Shown in pieces: positions 37,979 to 50,624 of a stretch of 64,000 bases of DNA. Made by a program: the position numbers and the translations under genes. This stretch comes from Mobula hypostoma (lineage: Eukaryota). The first letter of the stretch is position 1. Every line of letters starts with the position of its first letter. The stretch covers positions 79,052,001-79,116,000 of the forward strand of contig NC_086097.1 in the NCBI RefSeq assembly GCF_963921235.1, given 5' to 3'. Under the pieces are notes generated by a model that was given only the letters and a program-made list of their open reading frames with translations, was not told the origin of the DNA and made no database searches.

Positions 37979-40062
37979 TGTCAGTACCTCCAGTTGAACT
38001 TTGTGTTTTTGTGTGTTTTCCCCTGACCGTCAGTCTGTAGTTTTGTATTGCCATGTATTCTTGTTTGTTTTCATGCCCCATGTTTTCCTGTTCCTGCTCA
38101 ACTCCAGCCCCTGTATTACTGAGTACTCCACCTCTCATCTGTGCCTCATTATTACCTGTATTACTGTCCCCGTGTCTCATTGTGCTCCACCTATCATCTG
38201 CCTTTTTGTTTATTGGTCAGTGTATTTCAGTCCTGTGATTTCAGCTGTTTGTTGCCAGATTGTGCTGGTGAGTTTTCCTGAGTCTTTCCAGCATTTGTAT
38301 CTGTACTCTGTCTGTCTGAATATTGACTCTGCCTGTTTCCTGATTCCGGTTTTTGGATTTCTCTGGATGCTTTGATCTCTGCCTGAAATTTGTTTGCACC
38401 TCAGGATTTGTTACTCAATTAATATCACTGTGTACACAGTACTGGGTCTGCGATTGGATCCCTGCTCCAGCATCCTGACAGTACAATCTGGCCAGAATGG
38501 ATCCAGCAGCCCCTGGTCATCTGAGAGCTGCCCTGGAACAACAGGGAATGATGCTGGGGAGACACCAGAGCCAGCTGGAGTCAGTGTTCAGGGCAGTGGA
38601 GTTGCTTTCTGCCAACGTAGCAGATCTTGTGGCCCAGACTCAGTCACTCCAGCTGTCCCAGAGCACCCATCAACATTCTGCGACTGCATCTTCCGCCCTG
38701 CCCTCCATGTCCTCGCATGCTCCTCCTGTCCAAGAGCCCCGTCTGCCTCCTCCAGAAAAGTACTCAGGTGAGCCTTGTACTTGCCACTCTTTTCTTTCCC
38801 AGTGCACCCTCAGTTTTGAATTACAACCAATAATCTTTCTGACTGATCAAGCCAAAGTGGCCTACATCATCACTCAACTGTCCAGTCAGGCAAGAGAATG
38901 GGGAACAGCTGTCTGGGAGACAGGCTCACCTTTCTGCATCAGTTTTCAGTTATTTTCTGAGGAGATGAGAAAAGTGTTTGATTGCTCCAAACATGAGAGA
39001 GAGGCTGCCCACGCACCAGAAGCGCAGATCTGTGTCAGATTACGTCCTAGAGTTCCAGACCCTAGCGACCTCCAGTGGCTCGAACTCGGAGGCACAGTAC
39101 GACACCTTCCTGAATGGCCCCCTTGAAGACAACTACATTGCCCTGCCACTTGCCCCCATTAACAATTCCTGTTCCAGAGCCCGAAGCTGTGAAGGTTGAC
39201 TGTACCTGCCTGACACTGACTGAAAGACAAAGGAGAATCAGCACCCGTTCCTGTCTGTCCTATGGCCAACCAGACCACTTCACCTCCACCTGCCCAGTAA
39301 AAGCCATGTGCTCACCAGTAGGACAAGTGGTACTGGTGAGCATGACCCCTGTTCGGCCCTCCTCAACGCCACTCACTCTCCTACCTGGAGTGGGACGTCC
39401 AACGCTGAGCAGTCTCCGTCTTGGTTGATTCTGCTGTGGAGAGGTGTTTTAGTGATTCTGGCTTGGCTGCCCAGTGGGGATTACCCATGTCTGCTCTCCA
39501 GTCACCGTTAGTGGTCAACGCCTTGAATGGTTGGAGACTGGCTAACATCACCCATGTCACAGCCCCGGTGAGTCTCACTTTATCTGGCAACTATCATGAA
39601 CAGTTAACCCTTTATGCTATTGACTCTCCTCAAGCTCCCATTGTCCTGGGCCATCCCTAGTTAGTTAGGCACAACCTCCACATTGACTGGCTCAGTCACA
39701 AGATTGTAGGCTGGAGCCCATTCTGTCACTCCCTCCGCCATGCTAAGATCCCCTTGTCTCCAAGCCCAGAATCCCCCAAGGAATTTCCGGACCTTAGTGC
39801 CATCCCTCCTGAATACATGGACCTCAAGGCTGTGTTTAGCAAGTCCTGGGCCACTTCCCTACCGCCTCATCATCCATATGTTTGCGCCATTGATCTCTTG
39901 CCTGGCACATTTCCCCCAAGGGGCTGCCTGTGTTCCCTGTCCGTACCTGAAACAGAAGCCATGAGTAAGTACATTCAAGAGTCTCTGGCTGCAGGCATCA
40001 TCCAGCCATCTTCCTCCCCTGCTGGTGCCGGTTTTTTCTTCATTAAAAAGAAGGATGGCACT
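37979..40062 (+). mobile_element. Tf1/sushi-type Gypsy retrotransposon, 5' half (LTR 37979-38480, PBS, gag, protease, start of RT)
   Basis: LTR TGTCAG…CTGACA; gag ATG 38497 (EPRLPPPEKYSGEP…FLSQC), zinc-knuckle remnant, protease VDS motif, RT start [17 protein letters not shown]. Confidence 0.9.
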
Positions 40063-42014
40063 AAGGTCCAGAAATTCCTCAGGGGAATCTGGGCTTGGAG
40101 ACAAGGAAATCTGAGCAGAGGCAGTGGGAGTGATAGAATGGGCTCCAGCCTACAACCTTGTGACTGAGCCAGTTAATGTGGGGGTTGTGTTTTACTCACC
40201 AGGGATTGCCCAGGACAATTGGGAGCTTGAGGAGAGTCAATTATATAAAGGGTTAACTGTTCATGAAGGTTGATGGATAAACTGAGACTCACTGGGGCTG
40301 TGACATGGGTGATGTTAGCCAGTCTCTGACTGTTCAAAGCATTGGCCATTAGTGATGACTGGAGAGCAGATGTGGGTAACCCCCACTGGGCAGCCAAGCC
40401 GGAATCGATAAGACACCCTTCCGCACCAGAATCAACCAAGGCGGAGACAGCTCAGCATTGGACGCCCCACTCTGGAGAAGCCGTATGAAAGTGAGTGGCG
40501 TCATGGAGGGCCAGACAGGGGTCACGCTCACCAGTACTCCTTGTCCTACTGGTGAGCGTTTGGCTTTTACTGGACAGTTGGCGATGAAGTGGCCTGGTGA
40601 CCACAGTACAAACAGGAGTGGGTGCTGGTTCTCCTTTGCCTTTCAGTTGGCGTCAGGTGGGTATGGTCAACATGCATAGCCTCAGGCTCTGGAGTGGGAA
40701 TTGTAGATGGGGGGGCAAACGGCAGGGCAAGGTAGACTGATGGAGCTTGGAACTCACCCAGTGCCCCCAGGGACCCTCTGGAACCTCTCCCTCTGTGGTG
40801 CTGCTGAAGGCGAATATCAATGTGAATGGCCAAATCCACCAGGGTTTCCAAGGTGGCAGGAAGGTCCTGGGTGACCAGCTCACCTTTGATGTCCTCGGAG
40901 AGGCTGTTCAGGAAGGTGTTATACTGTGCCTCCGAGTTCCAGCTGTTGGAGGTCACTAGGGTCCAGAACTCTGGCGTAATCTGACACAGATCTGCGCCCC
41001 TGGTGCATGGGCAGCCCCTCTCCCATGTTTGGAGCAATCACTTTTCTCATCTCCTCAGAAAATAATTGAAAACTGATGCAGAAAGGTAAGCCTGCCTTCC
41101 CATTCTCTCACCCAACCGAAGTTGGGTGATGACGTAGGCCATTTTGGCTTGATCAGTCAGAAATATTGTCGGTTACAATTCAAACATGAGGGTGCACTGG
41201 GAAAGAAAAGAGTGGCAGGTACCGGGCTCACCTGAGTACTGCCTCCTCCAGAGAAGACGGGGCTCTTGGATGGAAGGAGCATGTGAGGACATGGAGAGCA
41301 GGGCAGAAGATGCAGTCTCAGAATGTTGGTGACCACTCTGGGACAGCTGGAGTGACTGAGTCTGGGCCACAAGATCTGCTACATTAGCAGAAAATGACTC
41401 CACTGCCCTGAATATGGAGTCCAGCTGGTTCTCGTGTACCCCCAGCATCACTCCCTGTTGTTCAAGGGCAGCTCTTAGATGACTGGGGTCTGCTGGATCC
41501 ATTCAGGCCAGATTGTACTGTCAGGGTGTTGAGCAGAGATCCAATCGCAGACCCAGTACTGTGTACACAGTGATATTAATTGAGTAACATTTCCCAAAGT
41601 ACAAACAAAGTCCATGTCAAAGTTCAGGCAGAGATCAAAACATCCAGAAAAATCCAAACCCAGAATCAGGAAACAGGCAGAGTCAATATGCAGACCAACA
41701 GAGTACAGATACAAATGCTGGAAAGGCTCAGGAAAACTCACTGGCACCATTTAGCAATAAACAGGTGTAAACACAGGACTGAAATACACTGAGCAATAAA
41801 CAGAGAGGCAGGTGATAGGTGGAGCGCAATGAGACACAGGTGGCTGCAATACAGGTAATAATAAGAAACAGGTGAGAGACAGAGTTCTCAGTAATACAGG
41901 GGCCGGACGGAGTAGAGCAGGAGCGGGGACAGGAGCACATTGCAATACAAAACCACAGACTGACAGCTAGGGGGAAACACTCACAAAGGCAGAGGTCAAC
42001 TGGAGGTACTGACA
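40053..42014 (-). mobile_element. Second, inverted copy of the same Gypsy 5' half (LTR 41519-42014)
   Basis: ORFs 41173..41502 (MDPADPSHLRAALEQQG), 40567..41037 (CLYCG) and 40173..40439 (VDSGAEG). Confidence 0.9.
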
Positions 42015-42192
42015 CCTACTCACCGGTACATCTTTGGATTGTGGGAGGAAACTGAAGCACAAGAGGAGACCTGTGCACTCACAGGAAGAAGCGTACAAAC
42101 TTCTTACAGATGGTGTTGGAGTTGAACTCTGAACTCTGCCGCCCCAAGTTGTAATAATGTCATGATCGCTGCTACACTACTGTAGTACCCCA
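42015..42192 (-). mobile_element. V-SINE fragment cut by the Gypsy LTR
   Basis: cctactcaccggtacatctttggattgtgggaggaaact…acaaacttcttacaga. Confidence 0.65.
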
Positions 42193-42244
42193 AGGCTTGC
42201 TAATTAATCCCAAGGACTGCTGCCAAGAAGGACAAACAAGCAAG

Positions 42245-43120
42245 AGTCATAGAGCAATACAGCAGGGATACAGGCCCTTCAGCCATGCCAGTCCATGCCA
42301 ACCACATTGTCCATCCAGCTGATCCCAATTTCCTGCACTCACCCCTAATCCCACTAAGCCCTACATATCCATGTACCTATCCAAGTGCTTCTTAAATGAT
42401 ACTATTATACCTGTCTCTGGCAACTCTGTACCCTCTTCATGAAAAAGTTGCTCCTCAAGTCCTCTTTAAATGTTTCCCCTCTCACTCTGAACCTATGCCC
42501 CAGAGTCTGGTCTCCCCTACCCTGGGAAAAGTCTGTTACCATCCTCCTTATCTATGCCTGTCATTATTTTAAACACTTCTATAAGGTCACCCTTATTCTC
42601 CTACATCTCAAGAAATAAAGACCTGAACTGGCCAGCCTCTCTTTATAACGCTGGTCTTCTAGTCCAGTGGTCCCCAACCTCCAGGCCGTGGATCGATACT
42701 GAACCGCGAAGCATGCAGGGGTGCAGTGGTGGCCAATTGCATCGCCTCTGATCTGGGCCGGCATTTACGTGCTGGGCGACACCTAATTAATTAGCTTGTT
42801 TATTTCGGCTTTTTTCTTAAATATGTGCTGGGTGCGTTCTCGCTACCGCTGCACCCCTGCATGCTTGGTGGCCCGGTGGTTGGGGACCACTGTCTAGTCC
42901 TGGCAACATACTGGTAAATGTTTTCTGCACTCTTTTCAGTTTACACCTATCTTTCCTATAATAGGGTGAACAAAACAGTACACAGTCCTCAAAATGCAGC
43001 CGCCCCAATGACTTACACAACTGTAACATAATGTTCCAACTCCTGAACTCAATGCCCTGCCTGATAAAGGTCAGTATGCTAAATGCCTTTGTCGCCACCC
43101 TCTCTACCTGTGACACCACT
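42245..43120 (-). mobile_element. CR1 3' fragment carrying a hAT MITE
   Basis: ORF 42817..43119 with CR1 C-terminal motifs. Confidence 0.8.
42665..42892. mobile_element. hAT/Charlie-type MITE
   Basis: Perfect TIRs cagtggtccccaacc / ggttggggaccactg; flanking duplication tctagtc. Confidence 0.88.
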
Positions 43121-43835
43121 TCAATGAATAAATCGTTTGTAAGGTACTCTACAAATCTGAGCTGGCAGAAAAATTACACTGTGTTACTTCAGAGGAAAGC
43201 AGAAAAATCCCATAAAATCAGAAATTACCTACCAAATTTGCATTCCAAAAAATGCAGTTCAAAGCAGCTCTTCAAAGGATAGAAGCAAATAAATATTGTT
43301 TGCAACACTTTTCTCAAACACATACATTTCCATCCACACATGTGATTCTACAGTGAGCATACATAGTAATATAACTTGTAAAAGTAAATGCTGGTCAGTT
43401 AACATTCTTCGTAATACAGCATAGCATAACACTGATGGGCAAACTACAAAGAATAGATGTACAGTACTTTTCCAATTCACAATTTTACACTTCACAACGT
43501 CAAAAAGAAAGATGGATAATTTATTAATTTTCTAACTTTCCAATCCTAACTGCAACACTAGCTTGAACAATTTGAGTCGCTGTTCAGTCAGTACAATTAG
43601 ACTACAATTTTGTCTTTTTTTCCACTGTTTTTTTTCTGAATCTAAAAGTATTTTGAATGATTAGAGTCTTTCTGTATCTGTCATCCAGCATTGATGCAGG
43701 ATTTGTCGTGTTCTTTTTTAATTTGCTATGGATTGAATTGTGCTCATTATAGCATTGCAAAATTTTAAGTATGAGATTTTATTTGTGTGAAGTTTGCTGC
43801 AACCCAGCACCTGTAATTTGATTAATGCAAAAGCA

Positions 43836-44719
43836 ACACTCACAACGCGCTGGAGGAACTCAGCAGGTCGGGCAGCATCCGTGGAAAAAAATTGGTCGAC
43901 GTTTCGGGCTGGAACCCTTCGTCAGGACTGTAGGGGGAAGGGGCAGAGGCCCTATAAAGAAGGTGGGGGGAGGGTGGGAAGGAGAAGGCTGGTAGGTTCC
44001 AGCTGAAAAACCAGTAAGGGAAAAGATAAAGGGGTGGGGGAGGGGATGCAGGGAGGTGATAGGCAGGAAAGGTGAAGAAGGAATAGGGGAAAACACAATG
44101 GGTAGTAGAAGGAGGCGGAACCAAGAGGGAGGTGGTAGGCAGCTGGGGGAGGGGGCAGAGTGACATAGGGATAGGGGACGGGAGGGGGAGGGAATTACCG
44201 GAATACATGGCCTCCTCTACTGCCATGATGAGACTAAACTCAGGTTGGAGGAGCAACACCTCATATACCGTCTAGGTAGTCTCCAGCCCCTTGGTATGAA
44301 CATAGAATTCTCCAACTTCCAGTAATTCCCTCCCCCTCCCTTCCTCTATCCCTATGTCACTCTGCCCCCTCCCCCAGCTGCCTACCACCTCCCTCTTGGT
44401 TCCGCCTCCTTCTACTACCCATTGTGTTTTCCCCTATTCCTTCTTCACCTTTCCTGCCTGTCACCTCCCTGCTCCCCCGCCCCCACCCCTTTATCTTTCC
44501 CCTTACTGGTTTTTCACCTGGAACCTACCAGCCTTCTCCTTCCCACCCTCCCCCCACCTTCTTTATAGGGCCTCTGCCCCTTCCCTCTACAGTCCTGACG
44601 AAGGGTTCCGGCCCAAAACGTTGACCGATCTTTTTCCACGGGTGCTGCCCGACCTACTGAGTTCCTCCAGCGCGTTGTGAGTGTTGCTTTGACCCCAGCA
44701 TCTGCAAATTATTTTGTGT
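43836..44719 (+). mobile_element. Penelope-like element with an inverted pseudo-LTR and the C-terminus of the GIY-YIG endonuclease
   Basis: 43836-44202 is the near-perfect reverse complement of about 44318-44686; 44203-44325 encodes HGLLYCHDETKLRLEEQHLIYRLGSLQPLGMNIEFSNFQ*; 14-bp TSD ttaatgcaaaagca at 43822-43835 and 44720-44733. Confidence 0.9.
43895..43928 (-). ncRNA. Minimal type I hammerhead ribozyme motif (Penelope-associated)
   Basis: Minus strand reads GUC-CUGACGA-AGGGUUCCAGCCC-GAAA-CG-UC/GAC, with an intact core, stems I and II, and palindromic ACGU in place of stem III. Confidence 0.7.
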
Positions 44720-45237
44720 TTAATGCAAAAGCATGTTCACACCACTACACAGAGAGAACTTTACAAAAATGTAAAATTGATAATATGGGGAGGATAAAAA
44801 ATGGGTTAGTATAAAAGGTGGTTGATAATTAATGCAGACTGAATGAGGCATAGATTCTATTTCTGAGCGGAATCTCTGTATAACTCTAATATGCAGAATT
44901 GACACAGATGTTTCAGTCCAGCTGGTTCATTTCAGGGGTGATATACTCTACATTACCTCCCCCCATCCCTCTGTATTTATCCAGCATCTGCTTGAGCACA
45001 TCTTAGCTCTTTATCTCATCTGTTTGTTGTAGCGCTTTCTGCATTCTCAGCACTTACTGGGTAAAGAAATTCATTCTGAATTCCCAGCTGGATTTATTAG
45101 TAAAAACGTTTTACTTATGGTGCTCAGTTATTAATCTCTCTGTGGCAACACCATCTCCAATAAAATACTTATCAGGTCAAGAAGTTTCTAACAGCTGTGT
45201 AACAGTTTCTCCAAATCTACTCTACAGATTTCCTTCC

Positions 45238-47225
45238 ATAGGTCAACGGAAGATGGAATCTCAATGGCTCTCCACGTGGCTTTGGACCACCTAAGCAACA
45301 CAAACATCTACGTTAGGATGCTGTTCATCGACTGCAACTCAGCATTTAATACCATCATTCCCACAATCCTGATTGAGAAGCCTTCACAGCCCTCCAAGAT
45401 GGGAAACACTAGATTCAACATCTTCTGCAATGCACTTGTTTTGAAATGACCATCTTGTATCCATGCCTGCCTTCGGTTAGTAATTTAAACAGGAGGTAAG
45501 CTAGCCCACAAGAGAGACTATGCACGCATAAACCTGTCATCATTTCCAACATCCCAAATCAGATCTATAGCAATATGGTCAAGTTTCTCAGTTGTACCAG
45601 AACACCAGAAAAGTTTAAAACCAGACAAAACAGCATTAACCTAGGCACAGATCGGAGAAATTAGTAATTTCTCAGCAAAACAATCTTGCAAAGTCCTCCT
45701 CATAAAATGGGGTAGTGCTGTCTAAATTAGCAGAGCTGTCTCACAGACAAACCAAGCAACAGCCTGAGTCAACACAAAAGCAATACCTTCCAGATGGCAT
45801 GTCAGACACCTCCATCACAAACGCTGGGTATGCTCTTTCCCTGAGCAGAACAAGCCCACATAAGCAACTGGTACTGTGGTATACAGAGGGAGGGGTAGGC
45901 CTCAACTCTGACTCTAGGCTCACCCACTTACTTGGGTTCTTATTCTGAACACTTTTGTAGGCAACACGACTAGTAAGATGGAAACAGACTAATACTTCAG
46001 GGACTTCAAATCCATCTTCAAGAGGGAATTGGCAGCACCACCACTGATGAGGATAATCAAGTCCCACAAGTCCAAAGAAAATTTCCAGATTGGAATTATG
46101 ATTGAGAAGTTGCAGAACCTGGGCCTCTGTACCTCCCTCTGCAATTGGATCCTTAAATTCCTAACTGGAAGACCACAATCTGTGCAGATTGATGATAAGA
46201 TATCCTCCTCACTGACAATCAACACTGGCACACCTCAGGGGTATGTGCTTAGCCCACTGCTCTACTCTCTATATACACATGACTGTGTGGCGAGGCATAG
46301 CTCAAATACCATCTATAAATTTGCTGACGATACAACCGTAGTTGGTAGAATCTCAGATGGTGATGAGAGGGCGTACAGGAGGGAGATGTGCCAACTAGTA
46401 GAATGGTGCCGCTGCAACAACCTGGCACTTAATGTCAGTACGACAAAAGAGCTAATTGTGGACTTCCAGAAAGGCAAGATGAAGGAACACATACCAATCG
46501 TAATAGAGGGATCAGAAGTGGAGAGAGTGAGCAGCTTCAAGTTCCTGGGTGTCTCGGAGGACCTAACCTGGTACCAACATATCAATACAGTTATAAAGAA
46601 GGCAAGACGGTGACTATACTTCATTAGGAAGAGATTTGGCATGTCAACAAATACACTCAAAAACTTCTATAGTTGTACTGTGGAGAGCATTCTGACAGGC
46701 TGCATCACTGTCTGGGATGGAGGAGCTACTGCACAGGACTGAAAGAACCTGCAGAAGGTTGTAAATCTAGTCGGCTCCATCTTGGACACTACCTTACAAA
46801 GTACCCAGGACATCTTTAGGGATCAGTGTCTCAGAAAGGCAGCATCCATTATTAAAGACCTCCAGCACCCAGGGCATGTCCTTTTCTCACTGTTACCATC
46901 AGGTAGGAGGTACAGAAGCCTGAAGACACACACTCAGCAATTCAGGAAAAGCTTCTTCCCCTCTGCCATCCAATTCCCAAATGGACATTGAAGCTTTGGA
47001 CACCACCTCACTTTTTTAATATACAGTGTTTCAGTTTTTTGCACTTTTTAAAATCTATTCAATATACATAATTGATTTATTTGTTTATTTATTATTATGT
47101 TTTATTTTGTTTATTATTATTATTATTTTCTCTCGGCTAGATTATGTATTGCATTCAACTGCTGCTGCTAAGTTAACAAATTTCACCTCACAAGCCAGTG
47201 ATAATAAACCTGATTCTGATTCTGA
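45238..47225 (+). mobile_element. Rex1/Babar- or L2-type LINE 3' part, interrupted at 45381-46098
   Basis: [43 protein letters not shown]; (ttctga)n tail. Confidence 0.85.
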
Positions 47226-50200
47226 TGAATCAGAATTACATCAGGTTATTCTTGTCAGTCCTAGAAAAACAGTTTCCTAATTATAAAATCATCTTGTTAG
47301 CTGAAAATCTTTGGAAATTGCCAAACCCTTACCCAAGGCTATTATAGCTGTTTTTTTTTCTCATCAAGGAGAGAATAAGAATTGCCGTTTCTTAGGCCTG
47401 GCGTATGTCGAGTTTGAGATCATGATTGGGCATTTAATTCAAATTCCCTTCCTTACACTGAGTTCAACAGTGAACAGCCTGCTGCCAGTGGAAAATCCTT
47501 GACACCATCTTCAGGAGTTCTTTACATCAAGAAATCCTAGAGCTAGTGATCTAATGCCATTATCTGTAGAATCTTTTTTTTGTAATTTATTTTTTATTGA
47601 AGTTCATTATCGAACAAACATTTCCATAAGATGTATTTCAGATACTGTACATATATATCATATAGTCATATTTGTCACAAATCTCCAAATAATATTTATC
47701 TGAGGTATACACTTATAGAAAGGAGAGGAAAGAAAGAACAATCAAAAGAAGAAAACTATGTACGGAGTAGGGAGTGATCTTTTTTTTACAACATATTCAT
47801 TGACTTGTGAGAATAAAATCAGACCGATGAGGTATTATGTATTTAAACCATTTTTCCCAGTATGAATTAAATTGTTCCAATTCATGATTAACAGATGCTG
47901 TTATCTTCTCTATTTTGTAAACATCCATTGTAATTTCCATCCATACATTTAAAGTTGGGCTCTCCTGTGATAACCATTTCCTGGTAAGGGTCTTTTTACC
48001 AGCCACCAGCAGTACATTCATTAAAAATTTATCTCTTTTCAACCATTCTTGAGGTACATACCCAAAATATATGGTCTTACTTTCTAAGGGTATTTCACAT
48101 TTAAAAATGTCTTGTAGGGCATTGTGTAATAGTCTTTGATAACGGGGCAATCCCAGAAAATATGATAACGGTTTGCATTTTGCTTTCCACAATTTCTCCA
48201 GTGAACAGGGAGATTACTATCATAATGGGATTTCTGAGAGGGTGTAATAAAATATCTTAGCAAGTTTTTCCATCCAAATTCCCTCCATTTCTGTGAACTG
48301 GTACACTTCCATTGATACCTCCATATTATTGTCCATTCTTCCTCAGATATAATTATCCCTCCTTCCTTCTCCCGTTTTGTTTTAATGTATGAAGTTGAAT
48401 GTGTTTTAAGATTTCACAAACCCTTATACACGCTTGAAATGATTCTACTACCATTATCTGAATTATATGCCTTTCTAAATAGCTCTATCAAACATGTACT
48501 TGCCTTGGTTACATTTTTAACCTTCCTATTAACATACTGTCGCATCTGTAAATACCGATAAAAGTCTTGTTTTTCTAATAAGTGTTCCTCCTTCAGCATT
48601 TCAAAACTGAACAGTGTTCCTTCTTTCATTATATTGCAAAGAACTGTTATTCCTTTCGCTGTCCAGTCCTTAAATCTAGCATCTAGTTTATTCGGCGTAA
48701 AATCCGAGTCATATGCACACCATTTAAGAATTGCAATATCTCCCTCTAATTTATATTCTTTTACAATAGTTTTCCATATTTTAAGAATCCATTTCACCCA
48801 TGGATTATCAATAGTATTCATGTACCTTTGTAGGTTGTTATCAGCCAAAATTGCCTGTATGGGGATGGGAAGTATCCCCTCCTCAATGTTTTTCCATTGA
48901 GCGTCATATGATGGGTTGCACCAACATATCACAGCTCTCAACTGTACTGCAAAATAATAATCTCTCAGAGAAGGTAGGCCCCATCCCCCCTTTTCCTTGG
49001 CTAATTGCAAAGTTTTGAAATGAACTCTAGGCCTTTTACCTTGCCATATATATCTTGATAACATTTTGTTCCATTCATTGAATTGATTCTGATTAACCTC
49101 TGTTGGTAGGGTCTGAAAGAGATGTAATAGTCTGGGCAATATATTCATTTTAATAGATTCAATCCTTGAACTGAGACTAAAAAAAGGAATTAGGCTCCAT
49201 CTTGTTATATCTTCCTTTTTTTATATATATAGGCTGATAATTGCATTCTGATAATTTTGACAAATCTCTTGGCATAATGATGCCCAAATATTTGAAATAT
49301 TTGCCACGCCCAGGGATATCTACTTTCAATTTCTCTTGGTGGGCTATAGTTATATATAGTAATTGAGTTTTATCTATGTCGATCTTGAATCCTGATAATT
49401 GACCATACTGTTCAAAGGATTGCATCAATTTAGGTAAAGAGTATGTTGGTTGCCCTAGATAGATCAAAATGTCATCCGCGTAACAGGCCAATTTATGCTC
49501 TGTCCCTTTGATAGTAATTCCCCTGATATCTTCATTTTGTCTGATGTATTGAGCTAATGGTTCCAGATATAATGTGAAGAGTAGTGGTGACCATGCACAA
49601 CCCTATCTTGTGCCCCTTTCTAGGGTAACACTATTTGATAAATATCCATTGATTTTAATCCTAGCAGTAGAGTTGTTATAGTGCCTGTATAGTTTTAATA
49701 ATTGTGTCATGGAAACCAAATCTATGTAAAACTCTGTAAAGAAAATTCCAATTAACCGAATCAAATGCCTTTTCAGCGTCCATGCTTCGATTTTATTTTT
49801 TTGTATATGATCCATAATGTGAAGTGTCCTTCTTATATTGTCTTGTGTTTGGCATTGTTGTATAAAACCTGTCTGATCCTTATGTATCAGTATGGGTAGA
49901 AACTCTTCTAATCGTTTGGCCATAATGGAGGTAAATAACTATAATCTATATTAAGAATGGATATTGGTCTAAATGACCCCTATTCCATTTTATCCTTGCC
50001 TTCTTTCGGTGTAGCTGAGATTATCGCTTCCTTCCAGCTGGGTGGCATTTGTGCCTTTTTTAGAGCCCAGTTCAGTGTGGGGAGTAAGACAGGAATCAAC
50101 TCATTTTTTAATTCTTTGTTCCACTCTGCCGTATACCCATCTGAACCTGGTGACTTGCTTAATTTAAGCCTACTAATTGCAACTTTCAGTTCTACTTCAG

Positions 50201-50624
50201 TTATGTCAGCAGTCATCATTCTATTTTGTTCTTTGCTTAAAGTGGGTAACTCTAGAGAATTCAGGAAAGTGTCAATTTGGGTTATTCTTCCCCCTGGAAC
50301 TTTGGAATATAGAATTTTGTAAAACACTTCAAAAGCTTCTCGAATTTCTCCTAGCTTATTTTTTTTATCATTTTTGTTCTTGGATCCCTACTTCTATGAA
50401 TTGTATTTCTTGCTATCTTTTTCTCCAGTTTCTACGCCAGTATTTTCATAGACTTAGATCCACTTTCATAATGTCTCTGTTTCAGAAAGATTAAATTTTT
50501 CCTGATTTCTTGCATAGCCAAACAATTCATTTCATTCTTATTTTTTTTAAATTTCCTCTAATGTATCCTGTGCAAAATTCATCTTCTGTTTTTTTTTCTA
50601 GTTACTTCAGCCTATTTTGTAATA

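Noticed and set aside
38497..39126. Domesticated PEG10/RTL-like gene
   Set aside because: Frameshifted and still attached to an LTR and PBS.
37979..42014. Single DNA transposon or DIRS-like element with long TIRs
   Set aside because: The ends are complete TG…CA LTRs each followed by a PBS and gag; there is no TSD, transposase or tyrosine recombinase.
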